Assembly (NCBI GenBank): GCA_002269645.1
Contig: NIVC01002754.1
Span: 1 to 64,000 of the forward strand
Length of the DNA: 64,000 nucleotides
Direction of reading: 5' to 3'
DNA from: Macrostomum lignano
Taxonomy: Eukaryota
Position numbers and translations under genes: made by a program. The notes below the pieces were generated by a model. That model saw nothing but the letters and a program-made list of their open reading frames with translations, did no database searches and was not told the DNA's origin. This document shows positions 1-12,869 of this stretch, one piece after another (the first letter of the stretch is position 1; the number at the start of each line of letters is the position of its first letter).

Positions 1-2059
1 CATGTAACGAACAGCCCACAAGGAACCGACCTCTTCACAGAGCCCACTTGTGGAGCGAACAACCCACAAGGAACCAATGACCCCACGGAGCCCCACAGCC
101 CTACACTGAATCAACAATCCACAACTTCACGAAAACCGAAAACCACAGTCCCACGGAACCAACAACCCCACATCGCCTCAATAACAGCCTACGATTATAG
201 TAGCTAAATGGCTAGATTTCAAGTCCGTTAAAATTGGCACAAAAATATCTATTTTCTATCAATACAGGTGTAAAATCATCTTTATCTCGCTTATGCAATA
301 TGCAAAAAACACGTTCAAAATATCAGTTTGCTGCCTCAATTGAAAAAAATTGCTACAGCAGAAGTCGCTTCGCAAAGTTATGCTTCCGCAATATTAACAA
401 GCCGCTTACTAAATATTATTGCTACTATAATAAATTATTGTAAAAGTGAGCATCGGATGTCTTTTGTGGCTTTTTTATCGCTTTCTGCAAGTGCATATAT
501 ATTGTAAATTTTTTACAGCACATTGCAGTACATGCCGATCCTCTTTGTATTCTTTTTCCATGTGCAAACACATATTTGTATTTATTCTTTTCAACGCTTT
601 CATGCTTTACAAGCGTAGTTAGTTAGAAGCCAAACTATAATGCTCCTAAATCGATTGATTCGAATTTGTTTTACGAAATTGTAAAATAAAAAGCGTAAAA
701 TAACAAGCACATGTTGCTATTTACAGTATTAAAAAACAAGATTGCCTCATGGAAGTGTTTTACTTTTATTTAGTCTAGAGTATATTGGTCGCTTTATTTT
801 TGTGTCATGTACATTTAAATCAATTTTGCCGACGAAGCAAGATCGAGGTCGTCTGGACCGGCGGGGCGATGCAGTACGTGCCTCATTGGTGACTCGCTCG
901 ACAGCGTGTTGCTCGGGCGAGATTGTCAGAGTCCGGGTCTTGGCTTTTGACTACAGGACTGCCCTCACAGAACGAAACGCAGCCCAGGCAAGCCTGCCGT
1001 GCTACCGCAGATCCTCGCGGACGCTGGGAACCAAACTGCCAAGGTTAGATGAACTGCTGACAACGCGAAAGAGGCTGAGAACCCTGAGAATTTAGAATGC
1101 ATATTGAAAACGGATGACTGCAGGAGGATATTGATCAATGAAGTTGCGAGTAAAAGTACGTAAATGTAGTAAGAACGAATTAATGCGATTACGGAGGTTG
1201 TAAAATTGGCATGAAAAATGTTATTGCAGCATGCTTCGAGTTCTTTAATTTTACAGTTGTTCTAATATTCACTATACAGAATTGATTTGACCATCTGAAA
1301 CACAGGAAAGATTCACGTAAACCAAAGCCGTTTGCGTCTGTAGTAGACGTAATAAAATATCAGCCAAAGAAGATTATAGAACAATTAAGATTTTTTTCTA
1401 GCCTGCCGAGACTAAAGAAATATTGAGCATTTTTCGGGCGAAGAACTCATTTTAGTCTACAGACTGGAAATGGCACAGTACGGGTCGCAGCAGATGAAAG
1501 TTGGAGCAAAAATCTGCCCTTGCGCTCTGCAGCCCCACTGAGCTGGTTGACAATGAGCACTATACTGTGTGCACATGATTGAGCAATATATTTTCTTAGA
1601 CTATTTTGCTTACGTCTCTTTCTCTCTTTGCCTGCTCATTTTTTCCTGCCTCTGCAGTCTTTTAAAAGCGTCCATAAACATAGGCGATGCATAATACACT
1701 GCAGAAAAATTTCTATAAGGTGCGCGCGGCATCTAAGCACGATTGTAAAAATTACAATAATAGACTTCTATTTGCCGCGTTGTTGGTAACTACTTCAACA
1801 CTGTTTACGTACATATACGCAGCATATGTTTAATTCCAGGGAGGATTCTGTAAAATATCAATCTAAGTTGGTAAGTTTTTACTTGAACGCTGCATCCATT
1901 CAATATTCGCTGTCGTATTTGAATTAGGCCAGAAAGACAAAATCGATTATAAGATTACCGACAGCCGTAAAGCTTGCCAATCAACAAATTCATACGCAAA
2001 CTCGTCTCGTCTCCCTCTTTATTTTGCAGACCTTTAAAGCGCGCGATAGAACGCTTGCA

Positions 2060-4429
2060 ATGTCCAATCAGCCAGAGAAGCAGTCGGGTGAGCTCAGGCG
2101 AGCCGGCAGTCAAATCCCGTCGCAGGCCACGGCCTCGGCAGCTGCAGCGGCAGTCGCCGCACCGACATTCTTCAGCAGGACCAGCACCTTTTCGAAAACT
2201 TTGACAGAGCGCGAGAAAACTATCGTGACAGAAATGTTCGATAGTCGACAAAGAAACGCTACAAGAACTATGCTTGACAATCTGATGGAGAAAAGGCCAG
2301 AAGATGAGGATGCCAACGAGCAAGAGGTGGAGCCTGGAAGCGAAGAGGTCGCGGGACGAAGACGGAGGCTCAACCTCAAGGCGAGCAGGCGACAGCGGAG
2401 GTGGACGTTGAAAAACGACGTCGTAAAAAGCGTCGCCGTCTTAAGCCAGGAGAATTCGATTTCTCAGACGTGACAGATCCGCGAAATCTGACGCAACTGA
2501 CGCAGCTACGGTTGCGACCGCACGAACTTCAGGGCTCTTGGTCGCAAAAGCTGTACAGTCTGGTGTGTCGACGCCTGTCCCTAGCGCCGCGACAGTACAT
2601 TCGGGACACCCTAGCCAAGGCTAAGCTCGTCTTGGCTAATAAATTCTCCCAAAGTGAGGAGATCCTATCCATAGCCGTCAGCATGACGGACAATCGGACC
2701 CTCACCTGCGTTGAAATAGTGGACAACAAGCTGGATACAAAGAGCATCGCGTACTTGTGCCACGCCGTATGGGAGTGCGCCAGCATCAACAGCTTCACTC
2801 TGGCTGGCAATGAGTTCACAGACGAAGGCCTGTCAATCGTGATCGAATTACTGGTTGCAACCCGGCACCTGCATACGGTATCGCTGAGGGACAATCGAAT
2901 CCGCGACGTGCACGGTCCGAAAATTGCGGAGCTACTTGAGCAAAACCGTAGCATCACCAATCTGGACTTAAGCTACAACCAGCTCGGAGACACGGCTGCG
3001 CAGTACATCGGCCCGGCTTTGGCTGAGAATGACCGAGTTCGACACCTGAACCTCAACTGGAACTGCTTCAGGTCCGTTGGCGTTCGTCTGCTTACCAGAA
3101 ACCTAAACGAGAACATTGCCCTGCGGGAATTGACCCTGAAAATGAACGGCTTGGGCATCGAGGGTGCCGGCTACGTGGCCAAATACCTGGCAACTAACGA
3201 GACTCTGTTTAGCATCGATTTGAGCAGCAATCGAATTGGCGACTTTGGCTTCGAGCTGATCTCGAAAATGGTCGCTAAGAACTACTCACTGAAGGAGATT
3301 AAAATTGGTCATAACACTGTCAGCACTTCCGGTGTTTACAAAGTGCTTGAGGCTTTCCATAGGAACAAGGATTCTGATCTCAGGATTTTGGACTTTGAAG
3401 GCAACTACATGCACAGTAGTTTTACAGTGTACTTTCGGTTTGTTTGCACTTCTGAAAGAAGTACCTGCTGAGTTTAATACCTTTGAATCTACTCGTCAAG
3501 ATTTGACTTGTTATCCAGAATTTCCCGCTAAAATTTGCAAAGTTTACACATATGATTTTAGGCAATCATTTCGCTCATAAGCAGGAAAGTATTAATGGGA
3601 ATGAAATTTTTGTCTTAAAATATTTAAGTGCAAAATCTAGGGGCGTAGCCAGGTAAAAATATAATGGGGCGCCCTCAGCCCCTTAAGCAACTGGAAAAGG
3701 TATACATGGTGCTTCTAACAGTAACTTGAACGATCCTGGTGCTAAAGCCCCTGGTGCTGGCGCCCATGGTGCTAAAGCCCCTGGTGCTAAAGACCCTGTG
3801 CTAAAGCCCTTGTCTGCTAAAGCCCTGGCGCTGGCGCCCAGAAAAAATGAACCCCTCTGCAACCCTCCTTATAATAATTAGTTATATTGTACAGAAACGG
3901 CTACGTGCCTTTGAGAAAAGTACACCCTTCAAAGCCTCAATGTACATGCTTGCCAACTGCAGGTCTCTACATGGACAAGAAGTGCTTGGAGCTGATCGAC
4001 GCCATCAAGGAGGAGCGGCCGCACACCTACTTCGTGATGCACGGCACTATCGAGCGCGGCACCGAGCACAAAACCAAGGAGCTCATCCGCGGCATCATCG
4101 ACCACGACAGTCCGCTGGAGATTCTGCGTTTTTACGTTGAACAAACTGGCAGCCGCCTTGTTGACGTGTTCAACATCTTCGACACAGAGAAGAACAACGC
4201 GATCACAAAGAGTGACTTGGTTCGAGGCCTAGAGAAGATCAACGTGATATTCACACAGGAGCAGGTGGACATCTTATTCGACGAACTGGACGCTGACAAA
4301 TCTGGCGACATCGACTTTGGCGAGCTGATGGCCGGAGATCGCGAGGCGCGAAAGAATCTTCGGCGTAAAGGAAAATTCCACGCGACTGCTGTCAATCAAA
4401 CTGCTGTGCCAGATTTTGTTGATATCTGA
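2060..4429 (+). CDS. LRRC74: Leucine-rich repeat (RNI-like) protein with C-terminal EF-hand region, LRRC74-like; 2 coding exons (2060-3400, 3963-4429), with an apparent 1-bp frameshift near 2351-2356
   Basis: Acceptor ttgcag at 2028-2029, then ATG 2060. ORFs 2024-2473 and 2401-3471 join if one G is added to GCGGGA. ~28-aa LRRs (LDLSYNQLGDTAA, LNLNWNCFRSVG, LTLKMNGLGIEG, IDLSSNRIGDFG). Exon 2 has EF-hand-like motifs (DTEKNNAITKSDL, DADKSGDIDFGEL). The family name comes from recalled domain architecture, not a search. Confidence 0.75.
3735..3840 (+). repeat. GGTGCTAAAGCCCCT minisatellite (family also at 15252-15530 and 25207-25281)
   Basis: 15-bp units visible in the LRRC74 intron. Confidence 0.8.
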
Positions 4430-5831
4430 TTTGATGATTCAAAGTGCTGAAGACAATTAAGGAACTTTAAATTAATGATATCGAAAAGTTAATTTATTAT
4501 GTAAAGATACAGAAAATTGTGTTAAATACTTCATGCAGTATATGACAACGCTTGGGGAGAGAGATGGTGATCATGAACTGCACTGCTAGTAGCAAAGGCA
4601 TTTTTCTTCCCTTTTCTTCTCCTAATCTCGCCATTTATATATTTCTTTGATCCTTGATCGGCCCCTACAGTGTATCTTTCCCATTCTTTCCTCCCTCTCC
4701 CTAGCTATCTTCTCCATTCTTATTCCTTCTGCCTTATCTTCCCATATTTTTCCTCCCCTCTCCCCGACATAAATTGTACATTTAAATGTATCTTCCCCAA
4801 ATTATTTCTTTAATTTTTCATCACAGACACAAAATTGATCAGTAACTAATATAACAACTACCAAAATGCTTTTCGACGACAAAGTTTATCATCAACACAG
4901 GTCGGCCTCCAACTTCTGTTGTTTTCCGGTCTCTAGTAGGCTGCACGCCATGTACCAGGTATCTTTTATCTACGCTAAAATTGGGGCTGCGGGACCATAT
5001 AGTGACAGGATGAGTGGGGGCTTAGGCCATGCAGGGAGTGCTGCATACAGGTAGGTGATTAATTTTCATATTAATGTATGTGCGACCAGCCTCTGATCAA
5101 GGGGATTAAGAAAGCCGAACCAATCAATGTCGTATACACGATATTGAGAAAGTCGAGATTTCTGGGTGAGAATTTCATAATATTGCATATTTGCAAGGTC
5201 CGTCGAAATGCGTGTGCACGCGTCAAAGCTGCAAAAAGGAAAGCAATGTACAGTACATGTATATGAAAAATATTACAGGATTGCTAAATATAATACGAGA
5301 TGGTAATGAAATAGGATCTCTGTCTCAATAAATTTTTTCTAGTAGCTAGAGCCGTTTCTTTGGGATGCTAATCCTTGTTTTGGAGACTGGATTGAGTTGA
5401 TTCATCAAACGTTAATTTTTAAGAATCGCCTACTGATACGTTGTTGTGTAGGCCAAAGTGTGTATATAGATATAAGATATAAATGCATTTTTACTGAGTA
5501 ATTTGTACTCTGTTGCTTTGCCTTTTAAAATCAGATATTTAGGTATTTGTTTATTTAGCTTTGGGCTTTTGTGGTGGTTTTTAACTTTCTTTAACATTTC
5601 AATTTTTCCGACTTAGCGGGCTTTAATTGCCTGAGCCAAACTTATTACTACTACACTAGGGGCCTATAACATAACAGAGCTTTATTTCCATAATTTATAA
5701 TTTCGATAAGATCCATAATTTTAGCATTTCAACAGTTGTATGTTTTTTATGTACGTTAGTGAGGCACTGATCAAAGGTAGATAAAACAGTGGTACATTAT
5801 AAAAGTTTCTGTTAGACTTTCGACCACGACC

Positions 5832-8800
5832 ATGCAGGCGCTCAGAAGAGTTTTCGCATTGAATCAAAATGCTTCGTGGACAAGAACAGTCTTAGCAACA
5901 CAGCAGAAGTCTTGCTTGTTATCCTCATCATCAATTCTTGACAGTAAGTATTTTTATTGAGCTTAGATTTCTTATTAAATGGCAACAGTATAGGGGCCTA
6001 CTTCATACATGTATGAAGTAGTCTTCTAAAATCGCTGTTTTATTTAATCCATTTTTGTAATCTAATAATCAGGCTCTCACTCACTATTTATTTTGGTGGT
6101 TGACCAAGGTTGGCCACAAGGCAAACCTAGGCCTATTCTTATTGCTTTGAAAAGAAGCCTACGAGAAAGGTAAGGTAGGCCTATAGAAATGGAAGCTTTC
6201 TCTTCTCAATTTCCCTTATCTTAACCATTTATGAGTCCATATCTTTTTGCCAAACTATACTATCTAGTTTTAGATAAGCCTGGCTTTTGAATAACCAATA
6301 CTAATAGGCAATACTATTATTATATTGTTGACAAAAAACCTATATTCAAAGTTATAGTTAATAATTAAGACTTCTCTCCATACCTTAGGGGCTTGAACAG
6401 CCAAAAGTAATTTAAAGAGGTTAAAAGTTTTTTCTATTTGCATAAGCTGATTCAGATCAGTGCCTATACTATACCTTAGTGTGTGCTATTTCAGACATGC
6501 ACTTTTAGTTTATTACAAAAAGTTATTTTATAACTAGTATGATAAATGATAAAAAAGAAGTTAAATATCTTACAAATAGCGAAATTTTAGTAGCTTAGGT
6601 CTAATGGTTAATGGTCTAATGGTTAATACTTTATAGCCTAATAATAATAATAGTCAAAATAATAACCAAATCTATCTATAAAAGAAGTTTTGTTTATCCG
6701 ATTTTTAGTCTAAAAAGTTAGGTTTAGAATCACTAAATCCTTATTTAATTATAAACTCAATATTAAAATTTATGCATCGTAATTTATTTCTAGTTTATTA
6801 GTATTCGATTGTTATTTTCTATATTGATTTGCGTTTATTAAGATTTCATTAATTAGGCTATAAGAATAGTTATGTTTTTAATTAAACTTTGGCTTTATTT
6901 CAATTATTATTATTATTATTGATTTAATTAACCTTTAATTTTAGTTGGCATTGGATTATCAGCAGAGAAACGCCAAATTCAAGAGTTGGCATTTACCTTC
7001 ACTCAAAATGAGGTGGCACCTCATATGCAAAAGTGGGATGCTGAGCACATATTCCCAGTGGAAATGTTCACCAAAGCTGCTGCTCTAGGCTTTGGGGCTA
7101 TCTATTGCAAAGAAGAACATGGAGGATCTGGTCTAAGCAGACTTGATGCATCGCTGATCTTTGAGGCGATTGCTACTGGCTGCGTTACAAGCAGTGCCTA
7201 TCTAAGCATTCACAAGTAAGCTAAATTGTTTGCTTCATATATTTTATCTATTTGTATGCATTTTGCCATTGTATGTTGATTGATTGATTATCTGATTATC
7301 TGAATGGTCCATAAGTTTTGTATGGAGCCTGTGATTCTTTGATTGGATAGATAGTGTAATAAATATGCTAGAGATTCGTAGAGAGACTGAAATTCTCCAA
7401 TTTTTTGTCATTGAGACTCGCTGGGAGTCTATGATTCTATGCTGTTTGGGCATTGAGATTCGTAGAGAGCCTGTAATTCTTTCTGATTGATCATTGAGAT
7501 TCGTAGAGAGCCTACAATTCCTTCCAATTGGTCATTGAGATTCGTAGAGTCTACAGTTCTCTCTAATTGGTCATTAAGATTAGTAGAGAGCCTGTAATTC
7601 TTTCTGATTGATCATCGAGATTCGTAGAGAGCCTGAAATTTTCTCCAATTGGTCTTGAGATTTATAGAGGGCCTGCAATTCTCCAATAGGTCATAGAAAT
7701 TCGTAGAGAGCCTACAATTCTCTAATTAGTAATTAAGATTTGTAGAGAGCCTGCAATTATCTCTAATTGGTCACTGAGATTCGTAAAGCCTAAAGTTCTC
7801 TCCAATCGGTCATTGAGACTCGTAGAGAGCCTACGATTCTATACTGTTTGGGCATTGAGATTTGTAGATAACTTGCGAAATGGGCCAGAAACGTAAAGAG
7901 CCTGATAGATTTTTTAGAGTCCTAGAGAGCCTTCGAGTCTCTAATTTATTTGTAACCATCAGCCACACGTCGGGAAACTCCTACAACACTGCAGCATGTG
8001 CGCCTGGATGATTGACAGCACTGGCACAGAAGAGCAGCGTGCAAAGTGGCTGCCCCAGCTGGCCCCAATGTCCCGCCTGGCTTCCTATTGCCTCACCGAG
8101 CCCGGCAGTGGGTCGGACGCTGCGGCTCTAAAAACAACTGCCAAAAGTGACGGAAATTATTACGTTCTGAATGGAAGCAAGGTCAGCTTTGGCTGTGGTC
8201 AGCTTTAAGATTGATTACCCGTTGAAAAGTTTAGCATGACAATAATCGCTAAAGAGTCATTGCAAACAACTCTCTAGTGACTATATAGCGACTCTGGGGC
8301 GATTCGTGTGCCTTCTTAACGACTCAAACACGTCTAATGCGACGGAGAGGTGACTGTTGCGTCACAAGCGGGCCACGTCAGTTGTAGAATCGTAAAAGAG
8401 TCATCCAAGAGTCGTTGTGTTGGCGCTTAACTTTCACCAGGGATGTGACTCTAATTCATCAAGCGACGCAAATGCGCTTTAAACACAACTCTCAGTGACA
8501 CTACAGCGACTCTAGCACGCCTCAAATACGACTTTACGGCCCCAGAGTCGTTATATCGTTGTCCCAGAGTCGCAGGCAATAAAACGCTTCAAAGTGATTT
8601 TTGAGCGACTCTTTGAAAACTTTTTGGCGGCTTGTACCGTGACATCTCGTTGTTTTAGGAGTCGTTTAGAGTCAATTTCGAATTTTACCTATGTCATCTG
8701 AAACCACTCTAGGGCGACGCAAGTGACTATGGGACGCTACTTGGCCTAGGTACCGTTTTCATCGGGTTAGAGATTAGAATCATTTTTTCGAATGTCTTAA

Positions 8801-10198
8801 TTATAATAATCTTTAGGGATGCGAGATTAACAGTTTTTGGAGTCTGAGATACGTTTCTCCTCAATACGCTTCTCCTCAAATTGAACGTCTAGGCTTTCAT
8901 ATCGGGCGCTGGCGCTACCGACCTCTATTTGGTCATGTGTCGAACTGGAGCGGACGGCCCTAAAGGCATCTCCTGCGTCATGGTCGAGAAGGACACTCCC
9001 GGCTTGTCGTTTGGCAAAATTGAACGAAAATTAGGCTGGAATGCTCAGCCTACTAGAGAAGTTGTGTTCGAAAATTGTCGAGTACCAAAGTCAAATCGAC
9101 TGGGACCGGAGGGCTCGGGATTCGGTCTGGCAATGCGCGGCCTGAATGGCGGTAGGGTGAACATCGCCTCGTGCAGTCTGGGTGCTGCTCACGCCTCTTT
9201 GCTGGCTGCCAGAGAATACATGGCTGTGCGAAAACAGTTTGGCAAACAGCTGGCCGAGTTTCAGGTTGGTCTGCGGTGCATCTTACATTCTGAGTCAATG
9301 TTTCTCGTCTTTGTCCCTCCATTTCAAGTCTGTCTCTCCATCTGACTCTTTGTCCCTCCATTTTGAGTCTTTGTCTCTCCAATCTGACTCTTTGTCCTTC
9401 CATTTTAAGTTTTTGTCTCTCCAATCTGACTCTTTGTCCCTCCATTTTAAGTCTTTGTCTCTCCAATCATACTCTTTGTCCCTCCATTTTAAGTCTTTGT
9501 CTCTCAAATCTGACTCTTTGTCCCTCCATTTTAAGTCTTTGTCTCTCCAATCATACTCTTTGTCCCTCCATTTTAAGTCTTTGTCTCTCCAATCATACTC
9601 TTTGTCCCTCCATTTTAAGTCTTTGTCTCTCCAATCATACTCTTTGTCCCTCCATTTTAAGTCTTTGTCTCTCCAATCATACTCTTTGTCCCTCCATTTT
9701 AAGTCTTTGTCTCCCCAATCTGACTCTTTGTTTCTCCATTTTGAGTCTTTATCTTTCCTTTTTAAGTCATTGTATTTATGTAGTAGTTAAATCAGTTGAG
9801 TTCTCCTTAATCTCTTTTATGCCCTGTTTTCCTAGATTAATAAAAACCCGACCGCCCCCCTCCCCCGTCATCCACAGGCCCTGCAATTCCAGCTGGCCGA
9901 GATGGCAGCTCAGCTGGTCTCCTCAAGGCTGCTGGTCCGCCAGGCTGCTCAATCTCTGGACTCGGGCGACCCCGGCGCCCCGGCTGTGTGCGCCCTGGCC
10001 AAGCTGCACGCCACAGAGCAATGCTTCGACGTGTGCAACCGCGCCCTGCAGTTGTTCGGCGGCTACGGCTATTTATTGGACTTCCCCGTGCAGCAGTACC
10101 TGCGCGATTCGCGAGTGAACTGCATCCTTGAGGGCACCAATCAGGTGATGCGAATGCTAGTTGCTAGGGATATTATTGGCAGATTGGGTGACGCTTAA
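5832..10198 (+). CDS. ACAD8: Isobutyryl-CoA dehydrogenase, mitochondrial (acyl-CoA dehydrogenase family member 8); 5 exons: 5832-5943, 6945-7215, 7995-8181, 8893-9264, 9878-10198 (~420 aa)
   Basis: All introns are GT-AG with matching phases (1263 nt in total). Motifs [64 protein letters not shown] and [24 protein letters not shown] match ACAD8. The N-terminal exon resembles a mitochondrial transit peptide. Confidence 0.95.
7300..7935. repeat. Degenerate ~40-bp tandem repeat (CATTGAGATTCGTAGAGAGCCTGCAATTCTCTCCAATTGGT) in ACAD8 intron 2
   Basis: GAGATTCGTAGAGAGCCT core repeated more than 10 times. Confidence 0.85.
8218..8766. mobile_element. MITE-like element in ACAD8 intron 3, with short TIRs (CCCG(T/A)TGAAAA) and many internal GAGTC/GACTC motifs
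   Basis: Left end ttaCCCGTTGAAAA; right end TTTTCATCGGGtta. GACTC/GAGTC recurs more than 10 times inside. CCC...GGG ends with TTA-like flanks suggest a piggyBac type (inference). Confidence 0.5.
9310..9745. repeat. 42-bp tandem repeat, ~10 copies, in ACAD8 intron 4
   Basis: Unit CTTTGTCCCTCCATTTTAAGTCTTTGTCTCTCCAATCATACT. Confidence 0.95.
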
Positions 10199-10419
10199 CT
10201 ATTTCAGTAGGAAAGTGTCTGACATTTTAGTAATTTGTTTGAGTCTCAATATAATCCCCAAAGCTATCAGTTTCAAACTTGTCGATTGAAGCTTGCCCGG
10301 CTCATTTATCATCATGTTTTGAAGTTTTTTGGATGGAGATTATTGTTATTTCTGTATCCTACTAATAGTAGCTGAAAAATTTTCGTATATTAGATATAGT
10401 TGGTTTTCTTGGGAATTAA

Positions 10420-11000
10420 TCTGAGGCTTTCGGGATTTTAATTTTGAGATAAATCTGAGGATTTAGGAGATTTTAATTTTGGGATTAATCTGAAAATTTG
10501 AGGGATTTTAACTTTGGTTTTAATCTGAGCATTTGGGGGATTTCGATTTTAGATTAATCTGAGGATTTAGAGGATTTTAATTTTGGTATTAATATGAGGA
10601 TTTGGGGGATTTTAATTTTGGGATAAATCTGAGAATTTGGGGGATTTTATTTTTGGGATTAATCTGAGGATTTGGGAGATTTTAATTTTGTGATTAATCT
10701 GAGGATTTAAGGAATTTTAATTTTGAGATAAATCTGAGAATTTTGGGAATTTTAATTTTGAGATAAATCTGAGAATTGAGGGGATTTTAATTTTGGGATT
10801 AATCTGAGGATTTGGGGATATTAATTTGTGGATAAAAATCTAAGGATTTTAGGGATTTTAATTTTGGGATTAGTTTGATGATTTTGGGGATTTTGATTTT
10901 GGGATTAATCTGAGAAGTTAAGAAGTTTTGCCTTTGGTGTTAATCTAAGAGTTTGGGAGATTTCGCTTTGGATCAGTCTCTAAGAGGATCTTGGGGATTT
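10420..11000. repeat. Degenerate 35-bp tandem repeat downstream of ACAD8
   Basis: TTTGGGGGATTTTAATTTTGGGATAAATCTGAGAA recurs at 10601, 10636 and 10671. Confidence 0.85.
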
Positions 11001-12869
11001 TTAATAGCTTTTAAACTGACTCAGCCATGCAGTTAAAACCTCTCAGTTATTTTTAATGCTTGTTAAAATCCAACATCGTCTAAAGAATTCCATAATTTGT
11101 CGCGATTATTTTGTTTACAATGGTAAAATAAAACGGTAGTATTCGCACAAATTCAACAAAAACATTGAATTTCAAGCACAAAATGCTTGTGTTTTAAACA
11201 AAAGCTATTTGAACTCAACTTTTCATTTTTTGACAAGTGCGTGTGGGGAGCTCTAAACTTCCAAGCAGCACTTTCTGCTGAGATGTCAGGGAATTAGGGA
11301 TTAGGGAGCACTAAGCTCTGCAAGCTACCCAGTATCAGTAAAAATTACAATTGATATTGCAAGTAGGAAATTAATTAGAATGAACTGGTATTTGCTACTC
11401 TACTTATAGTAAAAATATCGGGGGAAATACGTTACGTAATAAAAAATAAAGTAACTTTCGTCTATACTCTGCTAGTAAGTAATAAGATTAGTATCTTAAA
11501 TTTTTCATCCTAAAACAATCGCTTACAGTAGAACTTAGTGTAATTTTCAGCTTCTGTCAATCTGTTATTGGCAAGAAAAACAAGCAAAAAAGTTAGAATT
11601 TGCTATAACAAATACAACACTTTCATTTAAAGTAATGTACTGCAGTACATGTATTTAGTAAAATTTTTAAGAATCCATTCATTTATAAGAGTTATGAATT
11701 CAAATAAAATATTCTTAAAGTCCGAGCGTTTATCAAAACATATCTTGTCTTTTTTATAAGTTTAATTTTGACGCTTTGTACGCAAAAGTTTGATAAATAA
11801 TATATAATATCTGCAACGTGAGTAGAAAGTAAAAAAAATACGAATTACACAAGACTCGAATTCGTAAATTTACGCGAAGTATTGTACTCAACCAGCTGCT
11901 TAACGGTTATAATTCAGGATTTTTGCGACTTAAAAAAGAGATTATTCCGAATTCCAAATTATAATTTATGTTGAAATTTTTAGCCAATTTGTAGATAATT
12001 TTCCGGCGTTTCCTCCAATATAACAATAGTTATTTGACCATGAAATGCCCTACTTTTTAAGCTTCAATTAAATCAATTATTCTTGAATTTGAATTTTATC
12101 TCTGTAGACGATAGACTGAATGTAAGTTTTTAAGATTCACACTCGTAATATCGAGATAAATTATAGAAGGTAAAAAACGATTTGTTTTAACTAGTGTCTA
12201 ATAATAACTCAACCTTATGTCCAAAATTTTAGAAATTTTAAGCCCATATATTTTGAATTTACAATTTAAATTAGGCCGTAGGCCGCAAATTTCGATCTTT
12301 ATAACATATTGTCCATAACATTGACAGTAACATGACGTAAAACAGAATTGAACTATGCAAATTTTGCTGGAGGCTGTTTTTCTACTGCAATATTTTCTGA
12401 ACTTTACAAAAAGTACACTAAAAGAGGTAAATCTAGCTAGAATTTCAACTGGAACTTCGCCGGAAAATTGTGATAGCATATCATGAAAAAAGAAACATGA
12501 AATAAAGCAAAACACACACACGAAGAAACGATCCTTATATGTACTTTAATTGCCTAGCTATTGTCCTAAGTTTGTACATCAAATTTTCTTGTTAAAGTCG
12601 CTCGGGTGGACATTACAGTATGGGTAAGCAAAACTGGGGAGTTGTATGCCCTGTGCAATCAGAACACACCGTCTGCGTGATTCAAACTGATTCGCTTTCT
12701 CTGCTCCAGAATTGCCTCGCGCTCCAGCTCGCGTATTCGCAACGGATCAACGCTCTCGTGCTGACTCATCATCTCTCTGCGGGCAGGGCAGGCGGGGTGA
12801 TGAAGTATACTCATGCTATAATTGGCCTAGGTTTAATATCTGCTGCGACACTCTTCAATCTACATGTTT

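Noticed and set aside
742-1095. 117-aa plus-strand ORF in a GC-rich patch
   Set aside because: No recognisable motif or good splice acceptor; it could be a terminal exon or TE fragment but is unsupported.
4975-5030. Short similarity to 32860-32900 (inverted)
   Set aside because: Too short to classify without a genome-wide search.
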